Below, in pieces: positions 28,740 through 42,266 of a stretch of 64,000 nt of DNA. The notes under the pieces were generated by a model that had not been told where the DNA came from, did no database searches, and saw nothing but the letters and a program-made list of their open reading frames with translations. How positions within the stretch are numbered: the stretch's first letter is position 1; every line of letters begins with the position of its first letter. The translations under genes and the position numbers were made by a program. The stretch is from Phoronis australis. Its lineage: Eukaryota; Animalia; Phoronida. Location of the stretch: contig NMRA01000374.1 of NCBI GenBank assembly GCA_002633005.1, forward strand, positions 62,001-126,000, read 5' to 3'.

Positions 28740-29520
28740 CAGAGTTATCTGGGTACAGATTTGTAGACCTGACACTGTTGCAAAATTTTATGGATAAACA
28801 GTAGTGATTTTGGAGCACTGTCTCAGCTTCGAGTCGGACTAGCATCTAGTCTGAAGTTTTCGTACAGTGGCTGTCACTTCGTTCAAGAACTGTGCATGTC
28901 AGAGCAAATTGGATCTATCAAGAACTTGTTTGAGGTAGCCATGTTTGCTGTTGGGAGGCACAGAACCCTGGCAACTAGGATTTCTGTGCAGTCTATGGAT
29001 ACCACAGATCAAGAAGCAAAAAAAGCTGCAAATCCAGCTTGCAGTGCCAACGACATTGCTGACATCACTATGTCACGTGATGGTGCCTGGCAGAGGTGCG
29101 GCTTTTCAAGTAAAAATGGTGTCGCAACAATTCTGTAGGTCAATGGAAAAGGTAGTAAGGTCGTCAAAACAGAAACCCTGTCAAATTGCTGTGAGATGTT
29201 GACTTCCTAAAGTGAAAAGGAACCTGCCAAAAAATATGACGCCAGTGCCGGATCTATGGAACCTGTGGGTTCAAAAAGGGGTTTTGAGAAATCTCTCGGA
29301 GCTTACAACCTTCGATATATAAGTTATATTGGTGACTGAGACAATAAGTCATATAATTCTAACCCTTCTGTATATCCTGGAGTGGTTATAGGTAAATTAG
29401 AATGCCGTGGTCATGTTCAGAAGAGGACGGGAAAACAACTGAATGACAAAGTTGTCCAAAATAAAAACAAAGTGTTTATGTTGCCCTACGCGAAATCTAC
29501 CAAACGCATTTGGGGCATAG
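28740..29520 (+). pseudogene. Decayed DDE transposase, PF20700 'Mutator-like' / Kolobok-related type
   Basis: Motifs in order: LSGYRFVD, DGAWQRCGFSSKNGVATI, GSMEPVG, YNLRYISYIGD*DNKSY, KLECRGHVQKRTGKQL; with stops and frameshifts. Confidence 0.8.
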
Positions 29521-30578
29521 GGAATTAACAAAATTAATTGCAATGTAGTTGTAGCATATCACCTACTTTAATAGTATAAACCTAGTACAAAGATAACAGC
29601 TAAATTCGGGGCCAAAGACAAAGGCAAAGTAATGGAGAAAAGACAGAGCCTAAAGGGTTCATCTCAGTAGGTAACAAAGGATTTCTCACAATGCCAAAAA
29701 CAAGCCTGTGTGAGTTCTCACAAACGACAGAAAATAGATACCCGTTTCAAACGCCGTAACGCCGTTCAAGAGTCTATTAAATTGAAGACGTTACATGCTT
29801 ACAGCTCACTGTAATATATTACTCAATACATTATACATCGTAACACTCTTCAAAGATCAAGTCGATGTTTACTCTTGTTACCAAGATTTTCGCTTATATT
29901 CAGCTTCGAAACTACCACCAATTAGTATTTTGCGCTGAATTTACAAAATGGCAGCCTCAGATGAAAGTATCGCTATCCCAGAACTCTAGGGTCTCCCGAC
30001 TTCGCACATGTTCTCGTTGCTCAAAGAAAAGGCCATATGATTGTGGGCTTGTTGAATAGTGTTATAGTGTATAACCTATTGTAGTAATATATTACAGTGA
30101 CTAAACGGACACTACTAGGTCTGTGGTGACTACTTCTCCTAAGACTCTTTCGAGCTGGACCCGATCGGTTAAATGCTAAAGTTACAGAATAGCAAGAAAG
30201 ACTTGAAGCAGGATGCTTTAGTGACCCTAAGTTACAAGACTGACGCAAAGCCGTCAGTTTTGCCTTCGCCACCATTGAAAGAAGTTTGTTTAGATATATT
30301 TTAACTTACTTTTTTGAGTGTCACTACACGTCAGAGAAACCGATAACTTATTTGAAATTGTGTGGTATTTTTTACGAATAACATTTTTTTGATGATTCCA
30401 TCGTTTGCAAAATGATCAGTATCTTAGCCAAGGCCTTACCGTAATTAAGGCAAGGATAGCCCCCATATTTGGAAAAATTTCGTTATAAATACAAGAATTT
30501 TTTCCATAATCACAATCTGTAAGGTATTAACTGATGGTACAAAAAGTCTTACTTTGATTATTAAAGTATTACGTAACT

Positions 30579-30773
30579 TATTAAAAAGTCAATGAAGTTA
30601 TTAGGCGCTCACACACATGGATAAGTAAAACACCTAATTATATATGCACAATCTTCAAAATGACACATCTCCACTTATTAAAAAGTCAATGAAGTTATTA
30701 GGCGCTCACACACATGGATAAGTAAAACACCTAATTATATATGCACAATCTTCAAAATGACACATCTCCACTT
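30579..30773. repeat. ~97-bp perfect tandem duplication
   Basis: tattaaaaagtcaatgaag...acacatctccact occurs twice. Confidence 0.85.
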
Positions 30774-30799
30774 GCTATGGTATTTACATGAGGCTACAA

Positions 30800-30960
30800 T
30801 TTTGCAGTCTATTACCATTTCATGGTTCGACCACCGTGCAGGCAGAATCACTGCCTCCAGTGCACATAGAGTTTTGCACAAAAACAAAGACAATCCAGCC
30901 CATAACTTGGTAAAAGTAATCTGTACGGTGTCGTCGTACAACAAAGGTATACTGTTCCAT
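30800..30960 (+). pseudogene. YqaJ/lambda-exonuclease-like fragment
   Basis: QSITISWFDHRAGRITASSAHRVLH...LVKVIC matches the W..xR.GRITAS motif. Confidence 0.65.
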
Positions 30961-32698
30961 CGCTGCAATACGGCAAAGAACAGAGTTCGCTGTTGCATTG
31001 TGAGCATGTTTTCTATCAGAACAACATGTGAATTTGAAGATGTCAGACTCTCTGCCATGGCGCTCATAAACTTCCACAGGGACATTCCTGTGGACGTACA
31101 GGTATCATCTAGGCTTTCAAACTGAAGTGCACTCGCAGGTTGCAACTGAGTAAGAATGTTCTGGATGATCAATAAATAATGTTAATACACAAAGAGTGTT
31201 ACATATGAATAAGTCATTTGAGTATGCGTCATGTCCACACAAATTATATGCCTGCTTGAGTATCAGGGAAAGTCTAGAATCAAGGTCATCTTTACCGGAA
31301 ACATGACGAGTTGAAAACTTGCTTGCCACAATATCGGATTCCAGAATGCGATCTGGGTCGTGGGGTTTTTCCGCGCTAGTTGCAAATAGCAACTTGACTA
31401 AAGTAGAGCCGTCAAGGGCTGATTATACTTCAGGAATCGAGGAAAATGTAAGGTGTCAGAGACAAAAATGAAATTCCCCCCCCCCCATTTGACGCTACGC
31501 GCTTTTACAATTCCACTGCAATATGTCTATGAGACAAGATGTTGGCACCCCCTCACGATATCCTAGGTCCGCCACTAAGGATTTACACTACTCTTTTAGT
31601 TGAATGCTAGAGCACCAGTGAATTGTAGACACCTTAGAGCTCACCCTCTGGGGGCAGTTTTGATCATTTGTGTGTTTACTGCTGTTACAGGTGTCAGACT
31701 GTTTTTAGTTGCTCTTGGTTAGTTGTGTCTTTATTTCCTTGATGATGAAGATGAGCAAATTTACCATGGCAACGCTGGACATTGTATCTATGTAAACGCA
31801 ATTGGTTATCGGCAATCCATCTCTGACAGTTTTTTAGTGCTAATTTAGCCCAAACAACGGAAATGGTTGTCCTGTCGGTGCTTACAAATAGACATGTGCT
31901 CATAAGAATGAGCTTGACTAAATTGATTCATGATTGAATCATACAAAATTGAATTGTAAGCTAAAACAAGTCTGACCAATGAACAAATGCAATTCTACAG
32001 TATTTTGTGCAGAGGCAGAAAATATCGTGAAATCTTCCGCTCAAGTCATGAACAGACAGTCCGGCATGTATAACAATTGCGCCAACACAACTGAAACACG
32101 GCTTCTCTCAGACTAATGACTATTCCCAAATTTAAGCAGGCTTTGCCGAGGCCTTTGTGCTTGGTAACCCAAACTTCAAGTTAAAAAGTTTGAAATAGGA
32201 TCACCCACTGTTTAGGACTGGCTCGCACAAATGTCGGAGAACAGCACTGAAAAAACCTTAGTTAGGACCTCAGTCACAGCAAGGGAGTTCTCAGTCTCGT
32301 TCTCAGAAATTTTGACAGAATAGGGTAAAACCGGGTCGCAACTAAAAAGATGCTACAAACAAGTATCATCCAAGTAATAACCCATAGACAGAGTTGAATT
32401 CAATTCACATTTTTGGCTGAAGTTGCACGTTTCCATTGGTCCAGAATCCGGTTTACCAAGATTTCAGGACAGTATGGTGTGACACTGTCCTTACCTAAGT
32501 GTGGATTTGCAAACTAAGCGGAATCACAACATAACACCCCAACCTTCTAGTGTTTCTAACCCAGTTCCCGTTTCTCTTCCATCAAACTTTCCACTTTAAT
32601 GCCACGGTAGACTGTCCAGTAATCTAATTTATAGCCACCAACCACTCGAAAGGCAAGTCAAACCTGGTAAAAGTACAACCACCACATCCCTTCTGCCA

Positions 32699-32901
32699 TT
32701 AGTTAAAATGTCCATCATGGTGAAGCTTATCATAGAGTTCGATCAGCTGTAACAAGAATCCATCGTTGGGACAGATTTCTCTACGCTGGCGCATGTGTCG
32801 GACGGCATCAGGGAGTCTCATCTTCTTGTACAGCATGAGGTAGGCGAGGACAACAGCAGCTGATCTGCTCATGCCCACTCGGCAGTTAACGAGAACTCTG
32901 C
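32699..32901 (-). CDS. DUSP3: DUSP3/VHR-like paralog B, exon 3 (catalytic)
   Basis: Acceptor cttgtag|, phase 1. GRVLVNCRVGMSRSAAVVLAYLM...REICPNDGFLLQL. Confidence 0.9.
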
Positions 32902-34193
32902 CTACAAGACACAATCATCAGTTACAGCTAATTAGTCATCACCAATAGCTAATGATGACAGCAATGGTTATGCAGGGATAATTTCAGGAGCGTGCCCATC
33001 ATCAGAGGTGCAAAAATTACTTCATTGGCACAGTGTGATTGCTCAACTCTGGCCAATGGGCCCATGAAAATTGAAAGCAAAAGAGGAGAAAAAACTAATG
33101 TGGCCCGCAGGTCCTTGAAACCGACCCAGACTTGAGGCCGTGTGGGTCAATTCACTCATACCCACCTTTTTTTAAATGGTCCCTGATTTTGACAATGACA
33201 GTGGTGATGATACAATGAGGATTGAGAGGACAATGACGATGAAGTGAATCTTGGTGACAATGAATTCTGCTTGAGAAACAGAGTCATCAGTTACAGCTAA
33301 CGCTGATGATGAGGAGAATCTGATGACAATGATGACTGTGGCAACATTAGTAATGGTGATGACGACAATGTCATTATCTGGAAATAATGATATGATGATC
33401 ATGATGATGATTATGATTATGACAATAACAACATAATCATAGCATAGTCAGACAAAATGACCCAAACTTGTCATCAAGACAAGTCAGTGTAACATTTATC
33501 ACCAGAAGAGCAAGAATGACTCGTCATGACGGAGAAACGGAACTTTGTCAGATTGCTCCTGGCGTGTACCGTATTGTTGGCTTGTAACAAAAAGGCAGTG
33601 GGTGAGTAGGCATTACTCGAACATCAGTTGCTGTTTGCCTACAGAAGTTAAATGTTAAATAGGCCAGTAGATTACATATTTTGCAATTATGCTTTTAGAA
33701 ATCGAGCTGGCTATGCCTATATGGAAGACAATAAATTTGATGAGACAGGACTATTGGTGGCAACCACTATGTATCAATAAGCATAAAAATGGTGACCAGT
33801 GCACCTCTGGTACAATGTGTAACAGACTGCCTACAGTTATTTTATATACTGACAGCAGTAAGTTTAACCAAAAAATTTTCAGAATTGAAAGAAATGAATC
33901 AATGGAGACATGATTAAGGTACAAACCTGATTTGCTGCTATCCGTCTCAAGAGACACTGGAAATGCGCCCTTTGTCAAACATAAGCTTATTAACTTGTGA
34001 TCAAATCGTTAGAAAATGGATTTCAAGCACGTCCGCATAATCAGTAATATTCGTTGAAAACAACTTTTTGTTTGAAAGCTGGATACAGAGTCACTCGTAG
34101 TGTTTCGAAGTTTGTGTTCAAAGGGCTACAACTGAATTATGCTCAGCAATACAAAACAGAATCTACAACTAGATATTGAAACAAGATAGTCAC

Positions 34194-34420
34194 CATTCTC
34201 TGCAGAGGCTAAATCAATGAACTTGGCAGACTCTTCGAAGTATGGCTTCAGCTGAACGCTATCATGATCTATAACAGGAACACCATGAAATTTGATTCCA
34301 GTCCTTGAATAATACTTTTCGTTTGTGTTCACATAATACAGTGGGTCTCTGCCCATGGCGGCATTCACTACATGAGTGATACCCAGTCTTTTCAAGCCAG
34401 CATAGTTCTTCGCTATCGAT
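34194..34420 (-). CDS. DUSP3: DUSP3-like paralog B, exon 2
   Basis: ttcacag|...|gtgact; 227 nt, the same length and phases as paralog A. LKRLGITHVVNAAMG...GVPVIDHDSVQLKPYF. Confidence 0.88.
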
Positions 34421-35288
34421 CTGTGAATAAATCAAACAGAGTGGAGTTGTGAATATGTTAAATAATGTGAATTTAGTATGATAGAGCATCAAAAGTAACA
34501 TAAATTCTTTCATGTCTAAATGTCCCATTATTAGCCAAAACACGTCAGAAAATGTCATACCTTCAAAATTTTTCAAGTGAACAAATTAACATTACAATTA
34601 AAACATGTATTCAGGTGTAGGAATTTGAGGGGGCAGCACCAAAAGCAAAATTTGTTGAAAAGGTTCAGTCTCCAGGGGCTGGGTGACACAGAGCACAGGT
34701 CACGAATTTTTGTCCCACCAATCGGCAAGGAGTAAGCGATAGGTCCTCAAGCTGACTCTGACTAGACAACGAATAGCCTGCTAGGAGTCATTCGATGAAA
34801 CTAAAAAACTCTGGACGTGGCATGAAAGCAATGTGAACTTTTATTTGCTACAGGTCAAGGTTTCCGCCATGTGTTAACAATCTCCTCATCCTGTTCAAAC
34901 TCTTCAGTTTGCTGCATCAACAGAATAGAAAGCATGCCATCTTCAGGGGAAAGAAATGATTCCATGGCTGCATGCACCTCTTAAATCTAGCCGATATTAG
35001 AAACGGTGCCAGACCAGCAAACACGGAACCCTCACTACAAATCTCCATATCCACCTCCATCCAGCATGAACATGAATTATTTACAACCCCTAACCTGGGC
35101 TTTTGTTCGTTTTGATTTATAAGAAATTCAATTCTCAGCCACATGTTACAAACAATGTCAAACACATTCTTGTTGTTTCTAAAAATGATATGCAGCCAGC
35201 CAAAGACTAAGTTTCCTAAACTTCCATTTTTTGGCATTTATCTCATGTGTTGCATACACTGTATCTAGCATATTTTGGTCACACTCAC

Positions 35289-35425
35289 TCATCACCCACA
35301 AATAGGTTAGGGTAAACTTCATTGTAACTGTCACTGGGTTCCATGGTAAATCCACCAGAGGGGGCTGTTATTATGTCCAGAAGTTCTTTAAGAGTACACA
35401 ATGGTGTCGCTTTACAATCACTCAT
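35289..35425 (-). CDS. DUSP3: DUSP3-like paralog B, first coding exon (not in the ORF track)
   Basis: MSDCKATPLCTLKELLDIITAPSGGFTMEPSDSYNEVYPNLFVGDE; donor |gtgagt, phase 2. Total CDS 567 nt = 188 aa + stop. An acceptor just upstream suggests a 5'UTR exon, possibly ending near 37491. Confidence 0.85.
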
Positions 35426-36708
35426 GTTGTTCAACATTCACGCTGCAAAAGAATGAATGATTCATGAACTAATGATACTGCTACTACTACTGACAGGAAT
35501 TGCATTCTCGTCTTGCGATATTTGTTCAGCAATAGTCCGTGTTAGAGGTCTGTGACTTTAAGAACTAGGAAATCACTGGATAAGGTGTTTTTCGAAGGAT
35601 AAAATAGTTCTCAAAATCAGAGACGACCAAGAGACACTATTGCCTTCTTCCAATAACAAGGCGTCAGACAAAGTAAATGGGTCACATCTGAAACCATTTG
35701 GCCGAAGAATAATTGTCAGAAGAGAGCTAAGTATGTCACATGTTAAGTGCCTGAAGTCCTTAAATGCCCATCTAAATGTTTGATTTAGACTACTTAACAT
35801 TTCAAAATTAGTCTCAACTTGTTCCTAATACTCAAATAAGAAGTGGTTTCTGAATTTGCAAAGAGATGACAGTTGGTTATTGATCAAGACCACACTCAGC
35901 ACACATTGTGACATGCCCTGTCAAAGCAGTATAGAGCCTAATGTCCAACAACAATGGTCTGTCAGTTCTTATGAAGCCTGAAATCATTTCAAAATTGACC
36001 AAGGAACTATTTGTGACCAATTTCATCAGTACATGGTGGCAAGCGTCACTCAGAGGGATACCATTTCAGGACCAGGTTTTCCTTGAAAGGGTGCCCTTTC
36101 TGACAAAATTCCACAACTACGAAAGGGCTTTTCCAGCACAATTCCTCACACAAGGGTTCAATTTGGAGTTCGAAATTTTTAAACGATTTTTTTTTTTGTA
36201 ACTACACAATACGATGTTGTACAATACTCATAACCTATTCTTGACATGGCAGTCTTTGCATGTCGTTTCTGATTTTAATTATGCAATTAACATCTATTAA
36301 AAGTGTGGCATTTCTGGAACTTAAGCCCTAAAGGTGATTTTCCAAGGACGCTAATCACTAAAGAGGTCCCTTTTTTGAAGCCATTCACTAAAGGTGGGCA
36401 AACAAATTTTCCAGCTCCACCTTCCCCACGGTTGTAACTTCAATAAAATGGGACGGAATAAGTTTGCTTTCTCGGCAAGATTTAGGCAACCAGGTTAAGA
36501 TAAATCACATTTCCATAGCCAGCTCTTTACCATACCAATAACTCAATCACATTATAATATTGAAAATTCAAAATGTAATGGCAACTCAAAAACTACCACT
36601 TGAGATTTTATCATGTGCTTCTGATGAAATCGCATTTTGCTTAACCCACCATAACACTCTAGCCCTGTAATGAAGATGCTGAAATGATTCAAGTCCGATT
36701 AAAACATG

Positions 36709-37402
36709 GACTTACACAAAAGTAGTCCATAACTTGAGACATGGCAGACTAAACAGAGGATTTCTCTAACAGTTTGTTTCTCTAATAGTCAGTACACCTC
36801 CCTTGCAACACAGCATACCCCAGAATAAAGAATCATTAGACACAAAGGGTGCGCTTGATTAACCCCATCAGATTGGATGTAGTGTCAAAACTCCAATGTT
36901 ACAACTGTCCAGAGGTCAGCAGATTTTTCTGCATTGGTGCTCAACTATGGAGAGTCTCACGGAAACCCTGTGGCGAATACATCTTCCCAAGTGGCTGGAA
37001 CGAAGAGGGTGGTGGATCCAGAACGCATGGGTGCTCCTGAGATTTGTCGCCANGACTTACACAAAAGTAGTCCATAACTTGAGACATGGCAGACTAAACA
37101 GAGGATTTCTCTAACAGTTTGTAGGCTTACTCTCTAATAGTCAGTACACCTCCCTTGCAACACAGCATACCAGAATAAAGAATCATTAGACACAAAGGGT
37201 GCGCTTGATTAACCCCATCAGATTGGATGTAGTGTCAAAACTCCAATGTTACAACTGTCCAGAGGTCAGCAGATTTTTCTGCATTGGTGCTCAACTATGG
37301 AGAGTCTCACGGAAACCCTGTGGCGAATACATCTTCCCAAGTGGCTGGAACGAAGAGGGTGGTGGATCCAGAACGCATGGGTGCTCCTGAGATTTGTCGC
37401 CA
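36709..37402. repeat. ~345-bp near-identical tandem duplication with an N at the junction
   Basis: 36709-37052 is repeated at 37054-37402, with n at 37053; probably an assembly artefact. Confidence 0.75.
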
Positions 37403-37667
37403 GGACGCACCCCTGCTCTGCAGAAGAGGAGCGTTATCACCTGCACATCCAGGGCTGACACTATAAATAAAGCATCTCTACACACCTTACCAAGCGAGAA
37501 TTATCCATTAAAATAACTTGTCAGCAATAATGGTTTGCCACTCTCTGACTCTCGACTCAAGTCATGGGTAAGTGAGTCTCGATGTTAGCAGATTTTTCAA
37601 GAACACAAGGCTGCCAATGGACGATTTGGTAATTGTTTACAATATGACGACAATGACCTACACTCTT

Positions 37668-38390
37668 GATTTTGGTATCATTCGATTTATCGCAACGTTA
37701 TCTTTCCAAAAATATATGAATGTATCCCCTACCGCGTTTTCTCCGTATTTTATCGTCGAATTTCTGTTCGCACTATTTTCCGTTGACGGCACCATGTTAG
37801 CTCAACTCAAGATTACAGCGACACCCGTTGTTAATGAATGAAATAGCATATCATCTATTCTCCTCTGAATGGTTTGCCCACGTGAGATTCCCGCTAAAGT
37901 TGTCCTGACAGGTGGCACGGAGCATTTCACCTTTTCTAATTTTTTTTTAATTGTGACCATTCAACCATTTTTCCACGAAATTGTTTTAAATGATACCCTT
38001 TTCACGTACCAATTTGGACCTCAAAAACAATTACCTCCGCTTTTTTGTGGATTCTTGCCAGCAGATCAGATAGATGCATACCCGAGGTCACCATATAGGA
38101 TTGAAGCCGGAACCTTGGGAACGTAATTCGGGCAGGTGATAGACGGGCCTTGGGCAATTTGACCTTAATAAAAGCGTCGATCTGCAGAAGTCGGTAGATT
38201 TAGTTCAGTTCTGGACTGCCAGTTGGCTCCTTCCATTCAATGGCAGTGTTACTACACTCTACAGTGTAACGACAACGGGAAATATAGTGCGAGCAGAAAT
38301 TTCACAAATACTTTAAGGGAACGGGGTAGGAAAATTTCTGTGTATTTTTGGAAAGATAACGTTGCAAGGAATCGAACTATACCAAAACCA
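37668..38390. mobile_element. Old foldback/MITE with ~130-bp diverged inverted repeats
   Basis: 37668-37795 is the approximate reverse complement of 38260-38390 (shared gcaacgttatctttccaaaaata and aatttctg.tcgcactat). Confidence 0.6.
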
Positions 38391-39119
38391 TATGTGTAAG
38401 TCTACGTTTGATAAACTTACTACAGGCTAGTCGTGGACCAACTATAAGCAGTAAGCTAGCCCACCGGTCCGAAACCCGAGGAGCCGCTCCCTGACGAAGC
38501 AGCACATACACACCGAGGACCTAAAGTCGTGAACGTAAGCACTAAGCCGGTTTGTTGGCGTACCTACCGATTCTTTTCAGAACTGACTATGTGATGTAGT
38601 AAACATGATTAAATCCTCTCAAATACTCTACTGTACTCACATTTAAAACTCGTTTTCAATCCATAGGCAGAGTTTTTGCAAGACATATGAAAACGTCGGC
38701 CATTTTCTTCGAGGCCCTAAAGTGGTGATCGTGTCGCCCTCTTTCTTTTAGACGGGAAAACAGAATAAGGCCAACCAAAATTGTGATTTTTGTAAACAAG
38801 TTTGGCTAAGAAAAAAGACTGTTTGTAGTTGTTAATAATCAAGTTTTAATTAGACCAGCTAGTTAACATGAAATAACAAACAATAAAATTTTTCATGGTT
38901 AATCTCTTTTAAATACAATAAATAAATATTTAAAATATTTAATAAATAAAATATCATGTTTAAGTGAGATTTAAATTTAAAATTACAGCAATCATTTAAT
39001 TAGACTGATTAAGTTTTCAACGTGTTAGGCACAGCCGATCCTTGTTATCACTTTTTACTCTTCTTGGAGCTGGCTTTGACGGCATGGCACGTTATGACAG
39101 CAAAAGGGGCAGAAAAATC

Positions 39120-40230
39120 TGGCGTGTCGCCTTAGTGCTGTCACATCACAGCAAAACCTTAGGTGAGTCCAGTGACTGCAGTCTTGGAATTCACATTTTC
39201 CCCAATTCACAATCACCAGAGATGCACATTGGCGTAGTTGAGGTGGTGACCACTTGTGACAGACACAGCAACTGTCCTCATCTCCCCCATCCGAGTCCTC
39301 AGTGCTGTCACTTTCGAAATGTCAAGCATGTAATGGCTTCAATCCTGATGGACCTGGTTCATTATCATTTCCTGGTTTCTGAACTTGATTTTTTTGATGT
39401 TATTCTTTCCACATGCCTTCGACTCTTTTACCACATGTCAGTGTTTCTTTTTTGTCAATTGTGCCTTTTTTGCCACCTATGCCTTTTGTGTTGCCTTCGT
39501 TGTGTTCTTTTTCTTTTTCAGAGTTTCTACATCCTCTGTCAGCACCTTACAAGACAAATTAGCAGAACTGCTTAAGCGGACTTGTTCACTTGGCATCGGT
39601 CTCTTCGCTTCTGTACACCTCTGCAACCGTTTACTAAAAAAATCATTTTCTACCTCACTTCCACCAGTATTCCTCAAAAATGCTGTGGATGGAGTGATCA
39701 TTTCAGGGGGGACAACGGTGTTGTCAAACGGGTATACTCCGGACTTTCGGAAAGCCGATTGCAGATTTTCCGGAGACAGCGCTTTCACGTAGGCTTTGCT
39801 TGCCAGGGAACAAAGATCAAAGCGAGTAATTCCAGCCCTTGTACCTTTCATCGCTTTGTGGCACAAATTGCCATACACTGCTTCCAGTGGTCCATAACAC
39901 CCAACATCAAGTGGTTGTAGTATGTGTGATGTGTGAGCTGGCAGAGTTAGAATTGCAATGTTGTGGTTCTTCGCCCATTCTACTACAGTTATATCTGTGT
40001 GTGACTTGTGGCCATCTAGTAACAGTAGAACGGGCTCCTGAAGGCCACCTGGGACAAACTTTGCAAAGTGATCTTGTAGCCACTTGAGGAAAACTTCTGA
40101 GTTTGACCATCCACTGTCTCTGACTGTTCCACTTGCCCCTGGAGAAGAATCTTTCAGTAGATCCGAGTTGAATCGTTTGCCCTTAAAGACAAAGAACGGG
40201 GGCATCGCCTGTCCAGCTGCACTGCCACAT
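39120..40230 (-). pseudogene. pogo/Tigger-like DDE_1 transposase with C-terminal PHD-like finger, 5'-truncated
   Basis: CGSAAGQAMPPFFVFKGKR, SGWSNSEVFLKWL, LLLLDGHKSH, LPAHTSHILQPLDVGCYGPL, FRKSGVYP; frameshifted CCVC...W.KC...CSHWTHLRFC. The coding sequence stops abruptly at 40230. Confidence 0.9.
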
Positions 40231-40387
40231 TATTACATGTTCTCAGCCGTTATCCCCCTTATCTAGAGCCCTCGTGGATTTTGGAGAATTATCACCCTCG
40301 GGGCTAACGCCCCTCGGGCGATAGTTTTCCAAAATCCACTCGGGCTCTAGATAACGGGGGATAACGACTTCGCCATGTAATAATCTA
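40230..40387. repeat. 154-bp imperfect palindrome (hairpin), Crypton-like element end
   Basis: ttattacatg...ttatctagagccctcgtggattttggagaattatcaccctcggg-ctaacgc-ccctcgggcgatagttttccaaaatccactcgggctctagataa...catgtaataa. Confidence 0.85.
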
Positions 40388-40815
40388 TATTTATTTTGAT
40401 GCACTACTGACATCAATTCAAGACAGTACAAACCTCATTACAAATTTACAATATCAAATTGCACAAACATAAATTTTTATTATACAATACACTACGCAAT
40501 ACCCATTCCTCAGTATTGAAACACAACAGTCTCACATACAATTTTTACTAAATAAGTGCAATGTGAATGAAAATAGTTTGATTTTGCCAACGTCTGTATA
40601 GTTCCGGAAAAACATATCTACCGTGTATGTTACTGATATCAAAACAACTCCAACTGTAAATTAAGTAAACCAAACGCTCGTACTTGATTTTTCAAAAAGG
40701 ACAAAAGTTAGATGGCACATGAATTAAAATCAACCCCATAATGTTCGAGTTTCACTCTTCAAAAACCCACAGGCTTGGTGTTTCCCCAGACAAGAACTGT
40801 TAGTATTTTGACAGC

Positions 40816-40853
40816 ATACATATACATACATACATACATACATACATACATAC
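40816..40853. repeat. (TACA)n microsatellite
   Basis: Directly visible tetranucleotide run. Confidence 0.9.
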
Positions 40854-41326
40854 ACTACTCAAATAAGTAACGTTTTTTTCAAACTAATTAAAAAATTGAG
40901 AACGAAATGAAACTTGCTTCATATGAATCTGTTCCTTGGGTCATTAAATAATTATTATTGCATATTATGCAGTTTGATGCACAATGCATTGAAGTGCAGA
41001 TTTTACCAAAAATTTAGTAACAACAATGCTGTTTTCTGCTAAAGACTTTTGCATAGAAAGTATTGCTTTTAAATTTGCTTTTATCAACAAGATGTTGTCT
41101 CAACGTTCACACACAGAACAAAAAATGCATCATGCTTAGCTTCAGTGGCCTTTCAATAACTGTCGTCATACTGATCATCAATGTCACCCCCCTGGCAGGG
41201 TCCCAATTAAGGCACCTGCTGCAATCACCCTAACCAGGACCAGTTGCGTTTCGAAGCGAAGTAGTTGATGAAAGAAAAAGATTTTAGCTACTCCAAAAGA
41301 AGCATAAAATGCTTCATTTCTGTTAC

Positions 41327-41830
41327 NNNNNNNNNNNNNNNNNNNNNNNNNNNNNNNNNNNNNNNNNNNNNNNNNNNNNNNNNNNNNNNNNNNNNNNNNN
41401 NNNNNNNNNNNNNNNNNNNNNNNNNNNNNNNNNNNNNNNNNNNNNNNNNNNNNNNNNNNNNNNNNNNNNNNNNNNNNNNNNNNNNNNNNNNNNNNNNNNN
41501 NNNNNNNNNNNNNNNNNNNNNNNNNNNNNNNNNNNNNNNNNNNNNNNNNNNNNNNNNNNNNNNNNNNNNNNNNNNNNNNNNNNNNNNNNNNNNNNNNNNN
41601 NNNNNNNNNNNNNNNNNNNNNNNNNNNNNNNNNNNNNNNNNNNNNNNNNNNNNNNNNNNNNNNNNNNNNNNNNNNNNNNNNNNNNNNNNNNNNNNNNNNN
41701 NNNNNNNNNNNNNNNNNNNNNNNNNNNNNNNNNNNNNNNNNNNNNNNNNNNNNNNNNNNNNNNNNNNNNNNNNNNNNNNNNNNNNNNNNNNNNNNNNNNN
41801 NNNNNNNNNNNNNNNNNNNNNNNNNNNNNN
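41327..41830. other. Assembly gap (N run)
   Basis: About 500 N. Confidence 0.99.
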
Positions 41831-42266
41831 GATACAGTAGTGGACTTGTGACGCTGGACAGAGATGACTACAATATACACCCACACATATATGTATGTGG
41901 GTGAATTAAAAAATCAAGAGTGTCATAAGTATACCTATACCCAAACTCCACAGTACCCAGTTAGTTGCAGTAAGTAGGCCTTAGTGCACAAAAACATGAA
42001 AAACAGAAGAACCATGACGCACAAATACACCTACTGCATCACCCCATCCACACATGGCGTGGGCAGAAAATACAACTTGGATCTACACTCGCTAATTTTC
42101 TGGACTAGTGGGACAAGCAATATCATCACAACTGAAACCATGCCATGGAACATTTCCAGGCGGTGCATTTTCTTTAAGCAAATTGACACAGCTGAAATGA
42201 TACCATTTGTTACAGGTGTTGCAGCAAATAGATGGTGAAACATCTTCTGATTTATTAACATCCAAA
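41831..42266. repeat. Direct repeat copy A (~435 bp; PHD-coding end plus 3' flank of the giant transposase gene)
   Basis: Aligns to 50499-50933 with scattered substitutions. The left edge is hidden by the gap. Confidence 0.9.

Noticed and set aside
33172-33440. Hydrophobic 76-aa ORF in the DUSP paralog B intron
   Set aside because: It is the translation of a degenerate (GAT/GAC)n low-complexity tract.
36709-37402. Duplicated 63-72 aa ORFs suggesting a tandem gene pair
   Set aside because: Near-identical duplication joined at an ambiguous base, with no domain motif; most likely an assembly overlap.
38465-38525. gaaac ... ctgacga motif pair resembling a hammerhead core
   Set aside because: No stem II pairing and no correctly placed NUH cleavage triplet.
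41265-41886. Four long ORFs in the ORF track
   Set aside because: They are artefacts of the N gap.
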